From: a virus
Length of the DNA: 64,000 nt
IMG/VR virus record: IMGVR_UViG_3300030002_000003
Location: 29,236 to 93,235 of that record
Reading direction: 5' to 3' (one strand)
Positions 23,328-32,972 of the stretch are shown here, in pieces. Within the stretch, counting starts at the first letter, position 1, and the number at the start of each line of letters is the position of its first letter. A model generated the notes under the pieces. The model did not search any database. It was not told the DNA's origin and saw only the letters and a program-made list of their open reading frames with translations. Both the position numbers and the translations under genes were made by a program.

Positions 23328-23891
23328 CTATTCAGCATCTGTCTGAGTAGGGTATTTTTCTAGGTACTCTTTTGCTATTGTTACTCCGTGTGACTCTATA
23401 TAGTCCTTTTCGTCGATAATGTCATTTGATATATCTAGTATTCTGTTATCGTTTGAATGTATATTCATTGATAAGTATCCATTTGACTGTGCTGACCAAA
23501 AACTTGTCATTTTTGACTTTAGCTTTCCATCAATCTTATTACATCTTCCTTGTTTTATCAATTCGAATGATTTTCTGTATTCTATAGGTACTTTTAATGC
23601 ATATATTGTATAGAACTTATTTTTAATTCTATAATTATACATAGAGGTAAAATTATCATTTTTTTCTATAAATGATAAATCAAACTCTTTTCTAATTCCT
23701 GAATCAAATACTAAAAATATATGCTCATCTAGCCATGGTTTATTTATATCACTTGAGAATCCATTTATAAATGAAGTCTCTTGTTTTGTAAAATTTCCTG
23801 GTCCTAGATATGATTGCCATTTCTCACTTTCTTTTGAAACTAGCGGCAGTAAAAATAGTAAAGAGTTATTTATTCTTTCACGTGTTATCAT
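23328..23891 (-). CDS. Hypothetical protein
   Basis: Last gene of the minus block; likely start MITRER overlaps the upstream stop. Confidence 0.7.
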   Translation of the reverse strand: MITRERINNSLLFLLPLVSKESEKWQSYLGPGNFTKQETSFINGFSSDINKPWLDEHIFLVFDSGIRKEFDLSFIEKNDNFTSMYNYRIKNKFYTIYALKVPIEYRKSFELIKQGRCNKIDGKLKSKMTSFWSAQSNGYLSMNIHSNDNRILDISNDIIDEKDYIESHGVTIAKEYLEKYPTQTDAE

Positions 23892-24879
23892 AAAGTAATA
23901 GCTCTGCGCCATCACCTTCATAATACTCTTTACTGTAATCCCATAAATTATTGCTAAAATGCCAATCCATTTGTGTTATTATTTGAGTTAGTTTGTCTAT
24001 GTTTGTTATAATTGTGTCGTCATCTATTTCAAATACCTTGCATGTTGCTCCATCATTTTGTATTGCTACAATATATGTTGAGTGTTTATATTCCTCGATA
24101 TCTAATTTAAGTTCATTTTTAAAATACCAATATATTGCCATCCAGTAATAGGCCATTTGAGTACCATAACTATACTCTTTAAAAGAGTCTTTGAATTTAC
24201 TAACACTTACTGTAGTTTTTAAATCTATTAGTGTTACCTTCTTTGAGTCATGATCAATTATCAATCTATCTATTAATGATTTGCATGGTATTATAGAACC
24301 CTTTCTGACTTCTATTTCCCAATTTATATGAAATTCGTTATGAGTTATTACTCCTGGCGAATTGTCATTTTTGAAAAGTAATTCATTTGCTTTCTTGTGC
24401 AATTGAAGTTTCTCTTTTGTTAGTTTTAAGGCCGATAATTTAGCCCATGATATTGTCTCTTCCTCTGCGTTGCTTGACTTTAGCCATTTAATATAAGGCT
24501 TAAGTTTTAAGGCCATTTCTAGCGCTTTTGCGGCAGTTTCATCTTCGTTCTTACTAGTTGTTACATAATTAGCTTTAAGTGCCTCTGTGGCCTTTAAAAT
24601 GACCGTAGTGGCCTTGCTATTGACATAATCTTCACAGAACTTCTTCTGTTGTGCAGAAGTTGGTATTGAGAAGTCTAGTATTTTGTATTTCTTCTTAAAT
24701 TCAGCATGTTGTAATAGATACATATGAACCATTGTTCCATTCTTCATGGCTACTGATGGCTTGTCTGGTATCTTTCCGTCCATAATATCTTTTGCAAATC
24801 TTGGCGATTCTTCAAACGCTTTGATTAAACTATGATTTACTCTGGATCTGTCTGAATAATACTCTATGTCGATTTTCAT
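23878..24879 (-). CDS. PD-(D/E)XK exonuclease (RecB/exonuclease VIII-like)
   Basis: GTMVH, CKSLIDRL, LIDLKTT and YGTQMAYY motifs. Confidence 0.85.
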   Translation of the reverse strand: MKIDIEYYSDRSRVNHSLIKAFEESPRFAKDIMDGKIPDKPSVAMKNGTMVHMYLLQHAEFKKKYKILDFSIPTSAQQKKFCEDYVNSKATTVILKATEALKANYVTTSKNEDETAAKALEMALKLKPYIKWLKSSNAEEETISWAKLSALKLTKEKLQLHKKANELLFKNDNSPGVITHNEFHINWEIEVRKGSIIPCKSLIDRLIIDHDSKKVTLIDLKTTVSVSKFKDSFKEYSYGTQMAYYWMAIYWYFKNELKLDIEEYKHSTYIVAIQNDGATCKVFEIDDDTIITNIDKLTQIITQMDWHFSNNLWDYSKEYYEGDGAELLLYDNT

Positions 24880-24898
24880 CTATTTTGCATTAAATATG

Positions 24899-24950
24899 AA
24901 AAAAAATAGCCAATTCATTGCCTCACGGTTTTGAATTGGCTATTTTTATT
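24899..24950. terminator. Intrinsic terminator, potentially bidirectional
   Basis: AAAAATAGCCAATTCA (24902-24917) pairs with TGAATTGGCTATTTTT (24932-24947), flanked by A and T tracts. Confidence 0.7.
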
Positions 24951-25191
24951 TTGAATAAATTATTAACTAATGGTGCTTTTACTCTCATACCTTGTTGCTT
25001 TCGATCCAACATGGATTTTCTAGCTCAATATTACCCTCGAACCTCTATATAGCTTCTTTGCTCAGCTTGTTTCCTTACTCACTTTCGAGATTAATTTAAT
25101 CTCTATTGTTTTCTCTACTTTGCGGTAGCACTCTCCCTAATAATTTACTCGAGCTACCCTTAAATCATTCCTCGCTCAAGAAATAATATTT

Positions 25192-26400
25192 TTATTTTTT
25201 AAAGTACGATCCTAATTCATCGCTCCATTCAGAATCTATTTCGTATATCCATACGTCATTTATCCTGTCATAAGCGAAAACTATTCCTGCATCTTCTATT
25301 AAACAGTTTTTGTATACCCCTGCGTCTTCTATGTATGCGTTATGTTGTTTTGCTGAGCAATAGAACATTCCATCATACGTTGCAAAAATCAGTGTATCTT
25401 TTTCTCCACATATTGGACACTCTTCATCATCAAGAAATACTACATCTCCTCCAATTGGTTTAAACATTCTTGAATTTCCTATTTCTATTAATTTCGTTAA
25501 GTTTGTTTCTGCCATCTCAACTATTAGATTTGCTGCATCCATTGAGAAGAAGTTTCTTGTAATTGAATTAGTAAATGCTTTTTTAGCTTTCTTGGCTGTC
25601 GACCTTACTGTGTATGTAGGAACGACATGTTCATGTGCAAACTTAGTATTTCCATGAGTCGTAAACATTTCTGACACGAATCTATAACATTTATCTAAGT
25701 CTTCCATGTCAATGGTTTCTGTGGAAGTATGAGGATTCCAATATCCTGCCGACATATTACATGCCGAAACCGGAAGGCCTCTTCTTTTTAACGTACCAAC
25801 ATCAGTAGACGTTCCTATCGCTTTTGAATATCCATATTTCAATCCTATTTCTAGCATTGTGTCTGTAAATTCTTGGCTTGCTACTGATATTCCATTTGTA
25901 TGTGTGATAAAATCAGAGTTTCCCTTTCTGTCGCATTGCACGACAAAATTACAATCATTGAAAAATGAAATATTTGAGGCATTTGATCCCTTACATCCAC
26001 TTTCCTCAAATCTGAAAAATACTGATTTTACGTTATCAAAATCCTGTAATGCTTTTATACATGTATAGATTCCTGATCGATCGTCCCCACCAATACCCGT
26101 TTGAACTACTTTAGCTCCCACATATTCATTTGAAGCCATTGCAAACAATGTATTTCCATGAACATATACCTTTCTATTCTTTTTAATCGAATGAACTGTA
26201 TCTGTGTGAGCTACTATGCATTTGAAGCCATTTTCTCCTTTTCCTTTTGTTGCGTATATGTTTCCATATGCATCTTTCTGGATTAGGATATTTTTATCTA
26301 TAGAAGTTATTATGTTAATAATAAATTCATTGATTTCTTCGTCTGCATCGAAAGATGATTGCACTGAGACTAATTTTACTAATAATTTTGAATCTATCAT
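25192..26400 (-). CDS. M28/M20-family zinc peptidase-like protein
   Basis: HTDTVH, GIGGDD, EESG, DRKG and a late H (NPHTS) give the metal ligands; C-terminal CxxC segment. Confidence 0.8.
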   Translation of the reverse strand: MIDSKLLVKLVSVQSSFDADEEINEFIINIITSIDKNILIQKDAYGNIYATKGKGENGFKCIVAHTDTVHSIKKNRKVYVHGNTLFAMASNEYVGAKVVQTGIGGDDRSGIYTCIKALQDFDNVKSVFFRFEESGCKGSNASNISFFNDCNFVVQCDRKGNSDFITHTNGISVASQEFTDTMLEIGLKYGYSKAIGTSTDVGTLKRRGLPVSACNMSAGYWNPHTSTETIDMEDLDKCYRFVSEMFTTHGNTKFAHEHVVPTYTVRSTAKKAKKAFTNSITRNFFSMDAANLIVEMAETNLTKLIEIGNSRMFKPIGGDVVFLDDEECPICGEKDTLIFATYDGMFYCSAKQHNAYIEDAGVYKNCLIEDAGIVFAYDRINDVWIYEIDSEWSDELGSYFKK

Positions 26401-29006
26401 GCTATCATTTTTAATAATCTTTCGTATTCTTGTTCGGCCTTTGTGTTTGAAATGTCAATACAGTTAACTGGAATATTTAATGGCCAAGCTTTCAATTCTC
26501 CATAATTGGCGAATCTTTGGGTTGACATAAATTTCATTCTTTTTATTTCTCCATCAACTTCTACTGCTTTTATTTTTCCGTATCCAAATTCTCCACTCCA
26601 ATTTCTTGACGCGTCTGAAATTGATAAAGATTGATCTAAATTAATTGGATTGTCTTTTAAGCTTTCTGAGCTTTTCATCAATTTTGTTAATTCTTTTACA
26701 AATTCCTTCTTCTCTTCTAATATTTTATAATTAGAACTGTCGCATTTTAGGATTGCCACATGTTTTAAACACTCTTTTGTTATTTCCAATTGAGAGTCTG
26801 TTGGATTTGCTGGTATCGCCAATGTTATTGGTTCTACATTGATCATTTTTATTGTTTTTGGATCGAAATATAAATTTTCTGTATCTTTTAGTGAATAATA
26901 ATTACCAAATTCTACAAAATCGTTTTCCTCTCTTGCATTTTTAAATAAGAACGAGTTTCCTTGTTCTATCTTTTTTTCTTTTTGCAATGGAACTGCTTTT
27001 ATATCTACTTTTAATCCTTCGTAGTATTTCGATTGCCTTTTTGTTGTTGCATCTATAATTATTGTGCATGCTCCCGCTCCCTGGAAATGACTATTTTTTC
27101 GTTCTATCTTAGTAGTGGCCTCTGGTTTAAAATGTCTTATATTTGAACACGTTAATATATTTGCTATATAAGTTTTTTGTGCCTGATTATCTCCTAATGT
27201 ATAAACATTCCCTTGGTTTTCTGCTAGAATTTCTCCATCTGAAGCTATTGTTATATGATTTGCACATATATAATTTTCCCCAAACTTAAAAGCGCTATCT
27301 TTTATTATTTTTCTGCATACTTGGCATATCTCTTCATCTCCTTTTGTTAGGTCTTTTTTAATTACGAGTGGTATTCTATTGAAGCTTTTTGATGTATAAT
27401 AAAGAACATCTTTCTTCATTATAGTTTCCATTGTTTTTGAATCCTCTGGGCGACCAATAAATAATTTGTTGTTTTTTACATATAAGCTTGTGCTCATTGT
27501 ATCAAAATATGGCGGATTTTGGTTTGTAGATTTTACTCCATTGAATTCAATTAGAAAATTAGATAATAACTTCCCTGATTTCATTATAGATTTAGATACT
27601 CCTGACGAGTTTATAAAGAAGAAATTTTCGTTCTCGTTTACAAACGTAATCATTTTCTCTGCTGATGCATCACAATTCGTGAACATTCTATCTACGTAGT
27701 GTTTTTCGGTTGATTTTTCATACCATACTACAGCTCTTCCCATTAGATATTTACCATCTCCTGTTGTTAGTGCTAGCATTTTTATGAAGTGATCGTTTTC
27801 TGCATAGAACTTAATTCTGTTCTTTACAGAAGCCCCTCTCATACATGAGTTGAATAATGTTCCTTCTTTCTCTCCTGATTTCGCGTACTGTAGTTCTGGA
27901 TTATCTAACGCAGCCGTTCCTTTGTAGGAAGATACATTATATAATGCCACGATCTCATCACCTGATACCAGTTTAACTGAAGCTTTTGATTTTGAATTTA
28001 CTCTGTCTTCCTCTATTCTTATCAACGCTGATAAGTCTTCGAAGAATTTATTTGTTTCCGAAAAGTCTTTAACCACTTTCTCAATTTCTGAATCAGATAA
28101 TTGTGCAATTTCTGACTTTATTCGCGTATTTCTTATTGAAACGAATCCACTTACTGGATTAACTGATTCTATTTTTTCAATCTTTGTGTTTAACTCTACT
28201 GAAATTCTATCTCTATCAACCATATCAAATGTTTTAGATATAGATTGGTTTAACGATACTTCGTATAAATCAAAAGCTGACGATATTATGATTGCTTCGT
28301 TTAAGATTGATTTTTCAGTTTTTGGAGTGTAAAATGGATGTGCCGTTCTTAGGACATTTTCCATGTTCTTCGCACTTTGCCAAAATTTATATCCTTTTCC
28401 GCTTGTGTCTTTTGTGAACAATTTTTGTAATGCCTCTCCCATATAATAGAAGGAGTATAGGAACGTATCTCTGTCGAAATCTTTTTGTTCATCTACAGAT
28501 TCTAATGCACTCATTATCGTTCCTGATCTGTCAACGCATCCAGCAATTACTGCTAGTTTTCGTTTTGCTATATTTTTCTCCATTTGAGATCTATTTAGCG
28601 CAGTAAAAACCAATTTTCCTGCATCTTCTGAGTATTCACTTTTGAAGAAATTGAAGTTTCCTTCTTTTACGTATTCCGCCTTTACTCTCGTATTGGCTAT
28701 GACGCGTTTCTTTAATTTGCAATTTTCTGCCTTTCCTACTAGGGCGCTGATTGATTTAGATTTTACGATTTCAATTGATTTGCTTTCGCTGTCTTTTGTT
28801 TTATAAAATCTATCCAAATCTTCATTTCCTATAGTTCCGACACTTATTAATTTCTCAATTAGGTCGAAATATCTCGCAAGTATTGGGCTAGCTGCTCTGG
28901 CTTTGTTGAATATATTCCATGTCCATACATCTTTTTCTTCAAAGATTCTGTAATTGAATTCATTCTGAGCTTTTTTGTCTATCTGTCTTTGATCTTCTGT
29001 GATCAT
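26397..29006 (-). CDS. Hypothetical phage protein (869 aa) with SCM...GRAxxW...DR...PYxDT motif set
   Basis: NSCMRG, FYAEN, GRAVVW, YVDRMF, PPYFDT and a CxxC...CxxH knuckle; 4-nt overlaps with both neighbours. Confidence 0.7.
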   Translation of the reverse strand: MITEDQRQIDKKAQNEFNYRIFEEKDVWTWNIFNKARAASPILARYFDLIEKLISVGTIGNEDLDRFYKTKDSESKSIEIVKSKSISALVGKAENCKLKKRVIANTRVKAEYVKEGNFNFFKSEYSEDAGKLVFTALNRSQMEKNIAKRKLAVIAGCVDRSGTIMSALESVDEQKDFDRDTFLYSFYYMGEALQKLFTKDTSGKGYKFWQSAKNMENVLRTAHPFYTPKTEKSILNEAIIISSAFDLYEVSLNQSISKTFDMVDRDRISVELNTKIEKIESVNPVSGFVSIRNTRIKSEIAQLSDSEIEKVVKDFSETNKFFEDLSALIRIEEDRVNSKSKASVKLVSGDEIVALYNVSSYKGTAALDNPELQYAKSGEKEGTLFNSCMRGASVKNRIKFYAENDHFIKMLALTTGDGKYLMGRAVVWYEKSTEKHYVDRMFTNCDASAEKMITFVNENENFFFINSSGVSKSIMKSGKLLSNFLIEFNGVKSTNQNPPYFDTMSTSLYVKNNKLFIGRPEDSKTMETIMKKDVLYYTSKSFNRIPLVIKKDLTKGDEEICQVCRKIIKDSAFKFGENYICANHITIASDGEILAENQGNVYTLGDNQAQKTYIANILTCSNIRHFKPEATTKIERKNSHFQGAGACTIIIDATTKRQSKYYEGLKVDIKAVPLQKEKKIEQGNSFLFKNAREENDFVEFGNYYSLKDTENLYFDPKTIKMINVEPITLAIPANPTDSQLEITKECLKHVAILKCDSSNYKILEEKKEFVKELTKLMKSSESLKDNPINLDQSLSISDASRNWSGEFGYGKIKAVEVDGEIKRMKFMSTQRFANYGELKAWPLNIPVNCIDISNTKAEQEYERLLKMIA

Positions 29007-29884
29007 AGGGGTGTGGTGTATTTGATAGTTCCGTCAATTTCTACTCCTCTAAAGGATACTTTACTTACTTTTTTGTCTTCTATAAGTTTCAGTAGTAGTT
29101 TGTTCGACGACTTCTTTTTGTTAGTATATGATAATTCTATCTTTGTTGCATTGTATTCAACATCGATGGTATTTAAAATCTGAGTTTTCGCATTATCAGG
29201 ATAAGCCATAGACTCTCTTGATGTATACTCTACTATTTCTTCTGTAAAGATTTCATATGGATCTACATAAAAACATTGACAAGTATTTAACTTGCTTGCT
29301 CCTTCTACATATCTTCCATCACTTGGATAGAACGCTGTCATTGCTCTATTTTTTGCTCCAGCTAATACGAAATCTATTATTTCCTTTTTGTTAGCATCTG
29401 TAGCTATCATTGTTTTCTGCATGCTTACTGGAACGTCTGGATTCGTTATTGCGATTCCTGCTAACATTCCCTTTGTCATTAAAAATCTGTGTTTAAACAT
29501 AGTATCCTTTGATATTAACATAAAAATGTCTTCTACGATTATTTCACAGTTTGGCATATTTACTGCTGATACTGTTGCCCGTGCTAATTTTGTTTCGAAA
29601 TCGAAATCCAGTTCATCATCTACTCCTATCAATACATCCTTATCTACTATCTTTCCAAATGCTATACATTTGCAATCTAGTAGTCTGTCAGTAAGTGGAG
29701 CGAATGTTTCTTGAAATTCTTCATTTCTATATGCTATTCCGTTTAAGTTACATACCTTTCCATTCATTAATATGCATGGAATTCCAGGCTTAACTTCAGA
29801 AATATGAAACTCCGTGTTCTTTGGAAGCATATCTATTGTGTTTATGCCAGTCTGTACCGGCGGATTCATTTTTTTGAAATTCAT
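29003..29884 (-). CDS. ATP-dependent DNA ligase-like protein with degenerate catalytic motifs
   Basis: Colinear resemblance to phage ligases, but motif I reads SEVKPGIPC, motif III AFGKI, and motif IV EG is absent. Confidence 0.55.
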   Translation of the reverse strand: MNFKKMNPPVQTGINTIDMLPKNTEFHISEVKPGIPCILMNGKVCNLNGIAYRNEEFQETFAPLTDRLLDCKCIAFGKIVDKDVLIGVDDELDFDFETKLARATVSAVNMPNCEIIVEDIFMLISKDTMFKHRFLMTKGMLAGIAITNPDVPVSMQKTMIATDANKKEIIDFVLAGAKNRAMTAFYPSDGRYVEGASKLNTCQCFYVDPYEIFTEEIVEYTSRESMAYPDNAKTQILNTIDVEYNATKIELSYTNKKKSSNKLLLKLIEDKKVSKVSFRGVEIDGTIKYTTPL

Positions 29885-29903
29885 GTTTTCTTGTTTTTAA
29901 TTG

Positions 29904-29975
29904 TCGGCTAAGCGAGATTTGAACTCGCATACTATCTATTTCTAGATCTCCATGTACCAATGTGGGCATTAGCCT
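29904..29975 (-). ncRNA. tRNA-like RNA with a GAAA tetraloop in place of the anticodon loop
   Basis: (A)GGCTAA-TG-CCCA CATTGGTACA TGGA-G-ATCTA GAAA TAGAT-AGTAT-GCGAG TTCAAAT CTCGC-TTAGCC(G)A. Confidence 0.75.
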
Positions 29976-29983
29976 TCCGTTAT

Positions 29984-30952
29984 TTAATTAATCATTTGTT
30001 CAAAGATATTTGCTGCTTTCGCATATCCTACCTTTTTCACTAAATCACTAATATCTTTTGTTTTGTACTTCTTATTGATAAAAACGAAGTCTAGATTATA
30101 CTCTTTTGCTAGTTTTCTAGTAAATTGCATTCCAGTTTTGTCTCTATCATAAAATATTACAATTCTTTTGAATCTCCCTTTTATAGTGTCTATTGCGATT
30201 GTAGATATGATTGCGCTTTCGCTCGGTGGAGCTATTGCCTCATACCCCATTTCATGCAGTGTCATAACATCCTTTAAACTTTTGGTGATTATTAATAGAT
30301 CGCCATTTTCTGACAATTGTTCATACCCCTGAATATCTAAATTGCTTAAGTTTCCTCGCCATTTGTCAAATTTCTTTGCTAATGGCCTGTATATCTTAAA
30401 TTTGTTAAACACTTTATAACTGTAAATTGGATTGTCTGATTCGTATTTGCCTTTAACTTCTCCATTTACTAGAAATCTAGATAGAGCATTTACATTGTAC
30501 TCTTCTAAAGTTTCTTTAGATATACCAAACTGTTTCCAGAATAGTAAATCTTTTTCACTAAATGGTCTTCTAACTACTTTTATCTCAGTTGGCCTACTTG
30601 CGAATGTTCGTCTAGTTACCCGTATCTGAATTTGGTCTAGATTCATTTCCTTTTGGATTTCCTCTAAAGTTTCTTTGTATGTTGTGTAACCTCTTAGTTT
30701 CTTTACAAACTTAAATACGCTTCCGCATTCTCCATTTGCAAGATCTTTATATAGTAAAGTTCCGTCTCTATTGCTCACAAATATTCCAAATGAGGGACTT
30801 GGATCTTCCCTCAATGGACTATTATATGATTTCCCAATTTTAAAATCTCCAATGTACCGTTTAAAAATATCGTATTCCGATACCTTGTCCAATATATCCG
30901 AAAATTCTAATCGCTTGGGCTGCGTTTCTAATATAATGTCTGTGTTAAACAT
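29984..30952 (-). CDS. DNA primase (DnaG/TOPRIM, crAss type)
   Basis: N-terminal SPLREDPSPSF; TOPRIM ITKSLKDVM and FYDRDKTG; C-terminal KDISD. Confidence 0.85.
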   Translation of the reverse strand: MFNTDIILETQPKRLEFSDILDKVSEYDIFKRYIGDFKIGKSYNSPLREDPSPSFGIFVSNRDGTLLYKDLANGECGSVFKFVKKLRGYTTYKETLEEIQKEMNLDQIQIRVTRRTFASRPTEIKVVRRPFSEKDLLFWKQFGISKETLEEYNVNALSRFLVNGEVKGKYESDNPIYSYKVFNKFKIYRPLAKKFDKWRGNLSNLDIQGYEQLSENGDLLIITKSLKDVMTLHEMGYEAIAPPSESAIISTIAIDTIKGRFKRIVIFYDRDKTGMQFTRKLAKEYNLDFVFINKKYKTKDISDLVKKVGYAKAANIFEQMIN

Positions 30953-30964
30953 TTCAATTACTTA

Positions 30965-31552
30965 TTAGAATGGACTGTTTGAAGTTGCTCCAAATGTAGC
31001 GGCTGCTGATTTGGTAGTTTGTTCTACGTCCCCCATTTCTGGTCTAACGAAAACGTCAATCTTTAAGTCTTTCACTTTTGATTCGCTAGCTGGGATTTCC
31101 ATGCTTTCGATAAATGTGTATTTGGCGTATTTTGGGAGTGATGTGTATCCCGTATTGCCATATACGACTTTTAGTCTAACTTTCTTTGATTTGTCTGTTG
31201 CATCTAGCATTCCTTTTACCCATTTACCAAATTGGTCAAATGATTCGGCGCTAAAGCTGCTTAATTGTTCTTTTGTATACCAAACTTGTAAGATCTGAAG
31301 TATTCTTCTAACTTGGTTATTGGCTTTCGCTTCTAATTCCTCGGTAGACTGATCAGCTCTTTTTGTTGGTTCATATTCAGTGTGAGTTAACTGTGCTCCG
31401 TTCTTATCGAACGCGAATTCTAGAAATAAATTTCCGTTTGCACTTCTTTCCTGTCTAACTCCTACTAGGCTTACATCTTCATGTATACCTCCTTCTAAGT
31501 ATGAAACATCTTTAGTTTCTATCTTAAAAGCACTATCTGTACTAAATATCAT
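30965..31552 (-). CDS. Putative ssDNA-binding protein
   Basis: Lies between primase and AAA ATPase; beta-rich N-terminus and a flexible tail ending SPF. Confidence 0.5.
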   Translation of the reverse strand: MIFSTDSAFKIETKDVSYLEGGIHEDVSLVGVRQERSANGNLFLEFAFDKNGAQLTHTEYEPTKRADQSTEELEAKANNQVRRILQILQVWYTKEQLSSFSAESFDQFGKWVKGMLDATDKSKKVRLKVVYGNTGYTSLPKYAKYTFIESMEIPASESKVKDLKIDVFVRPEMGDVEQTTKSAAATFGATSNSPF

Positions 31553-31563
31553 CTTCTTCTCTG

Positions 31564-32307
31564 TTAATCGTTATCTGGTAAAAATACCCTGTCCCAAAAG
31601 GTTGTGATTCTGTTGTCCTCGTCGGATTCAGCGATCACTATTTCTTGTCCCCTTATGTGAGGCTGTCTGGCCTCTACTATAAAGTCTCCTCCTCCATTGA
31701 AATTCAAAATCGTTTGATTCTTCATTCTATAAAGAAATCCTATTGCGTCAGCATCAGCTGCTACTAGCCTTGCTGTTTTACCTGATAAGTCTATAGACAT
31801 TTCGCTTAATTCTTTTCCGTCCTTATTGATCATTGCGTCCTTAACGTGGCAAATCAATATTAATGTAGGGGATAGTGTTTTAAACATGTCTATAACCTTA
31901 AAGAAGGCCTCTCTTACGAAAAGCCATCCAGCTCCATTTGGAAGTTTTCTAACGTCATCGTTGTAGTTCTTTCCTTGTGGAGTTTCTTGGTAAAGTTTTA
32001 AAGCAAGCGGCATAATCATTTCTTCCAACTTAGTTCCATTGTCAATGGTTACATAGTTATAGATATATTTGCCAGCTGCTTTATTTGCTGTTGCAATTGA
32101 TGCGGCTGTTTCAGAAAGTTCTGTTATATTTGCAGCCTTCACTACCATTGCTGATAAGAAATCTGTCCCGTTTTCGAGGTCAATTATAAGGTTATTTTCT
32201 AAAGCAGCCGCGATTGTAGTCTTTCCTGACTTAGGTTTCCCAAAGTACACGAAAAATTTTGGATTTGATATTTTCGGAGTGCTTTTTATCGTTGGTAGTG
32301 TAATCAT
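31564..32307 (-). CDS. AAA_24/Sak4-like P-loop ATPase
   Basis: Walker A GKPKSGKT, IIDLENG, VTIDNG and LICHVKD. Confidence 0.85.
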   Translation of the reverse strand: MITLPTIKSTPKISNPKFFVYFGKPKSGKTTIAAALENNLIIDLENGTDFLSAMVVKAANITELSETAASIATANKAAGKYIYNYVTIDNGTKLEEMIMPLALKLYQETPQGKNYNDDVRKLPNGAGWLFVREAFFKVIDMFKTLSPTLILICHVKDAMINKDGKELSEMSIDLSGKTARLVAADADAIGFLYRMKNQTILNFNGGGDFIVEARQPHIRGQEIVIAESDEDNRITTFWDRVFLPDND

Positions 32308-32421
32308 ATATTTTTATGTATATTCTGACGCTACTGTGATTTGTATTTTGATAAGATTTGATAAGTGGTGATATGATTTGTTAATTATTCACGGCTCTGT
32401 CATTTGTATTTCATCCGAAGA

Positions 32422-32961
32422 TTAGTACAAGTTTTTGATTGTGATCACCAGCGTTTTGATTGTTTCCAATTGAGCTGATGTGTAAACATTACTGTTCGCT
32501 TTGGTGCGAGGGATAATGTTCAAACCAATTTTGAAGAAGTTATCGAAAACTTCTACCTTTTGGCCTCCTGTGTAGAATGATGAACCGGTTTCACGAGTTA
32601 CATATTTTGGTGCAGGTTTGCGAGCTGCTGCGAATGCGGCAAGTTCTGATTCGATTTTATTCCAATCTTTTAACAGATTGTATACTGGATTGTAACCTTT
32701 GCCACATGCGTAGTTAGGATCTTTTACCCAGTTAATATCGTGGTTTTTCGCGGTTCCGAAAGTCAACAATTCTGTTGGTCCGGCATATTCAATTCCTCGT
32801 AGCTCACGACCCGATTTCAATGTGAAAGGGGCATCCATACCGGCAATGGTTAACCATGGGTATTTTGTGGTGATGTTTTTTACAAACTGTGATTTGTAAT
32901 AACCGTTTTTGTCTTGAGCGATCGTTGGCAATTGTACTGCGAAAGTTGATTTATTTGTCAT
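32422..32961 (-). CDS. Hypothetical protein
   Basis: 179-aa ORF within the replication operon. Confidence 0.7.
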   Translation of the reverse strand: MTNKSTFAVQLPTIAQDKNGYYKSQFVKNITTKYPWLTIAGMDAPFTLKSGRELRGIEYAGPTELLTFGTAKNHDINWVKDPNYACGKGYNPVYNLLKDWNKIESELAAFAAARKPAPKYVTRETGSSFYTGGQKVEVFDNFFKIGLNIIPRTKANSNVYTSAQLETIKTLVITIKNLY

Positions 32962-32972
32962 CCTGGTAATTT

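Noticed and set aside
29904-29975. Calling this element tRNA-Phe(GAA) or tRNA-Ser(AGA)
   Set aside because: No register gives a 7-nt loop on a paired stem; the loop is 4 nt (6 at most).
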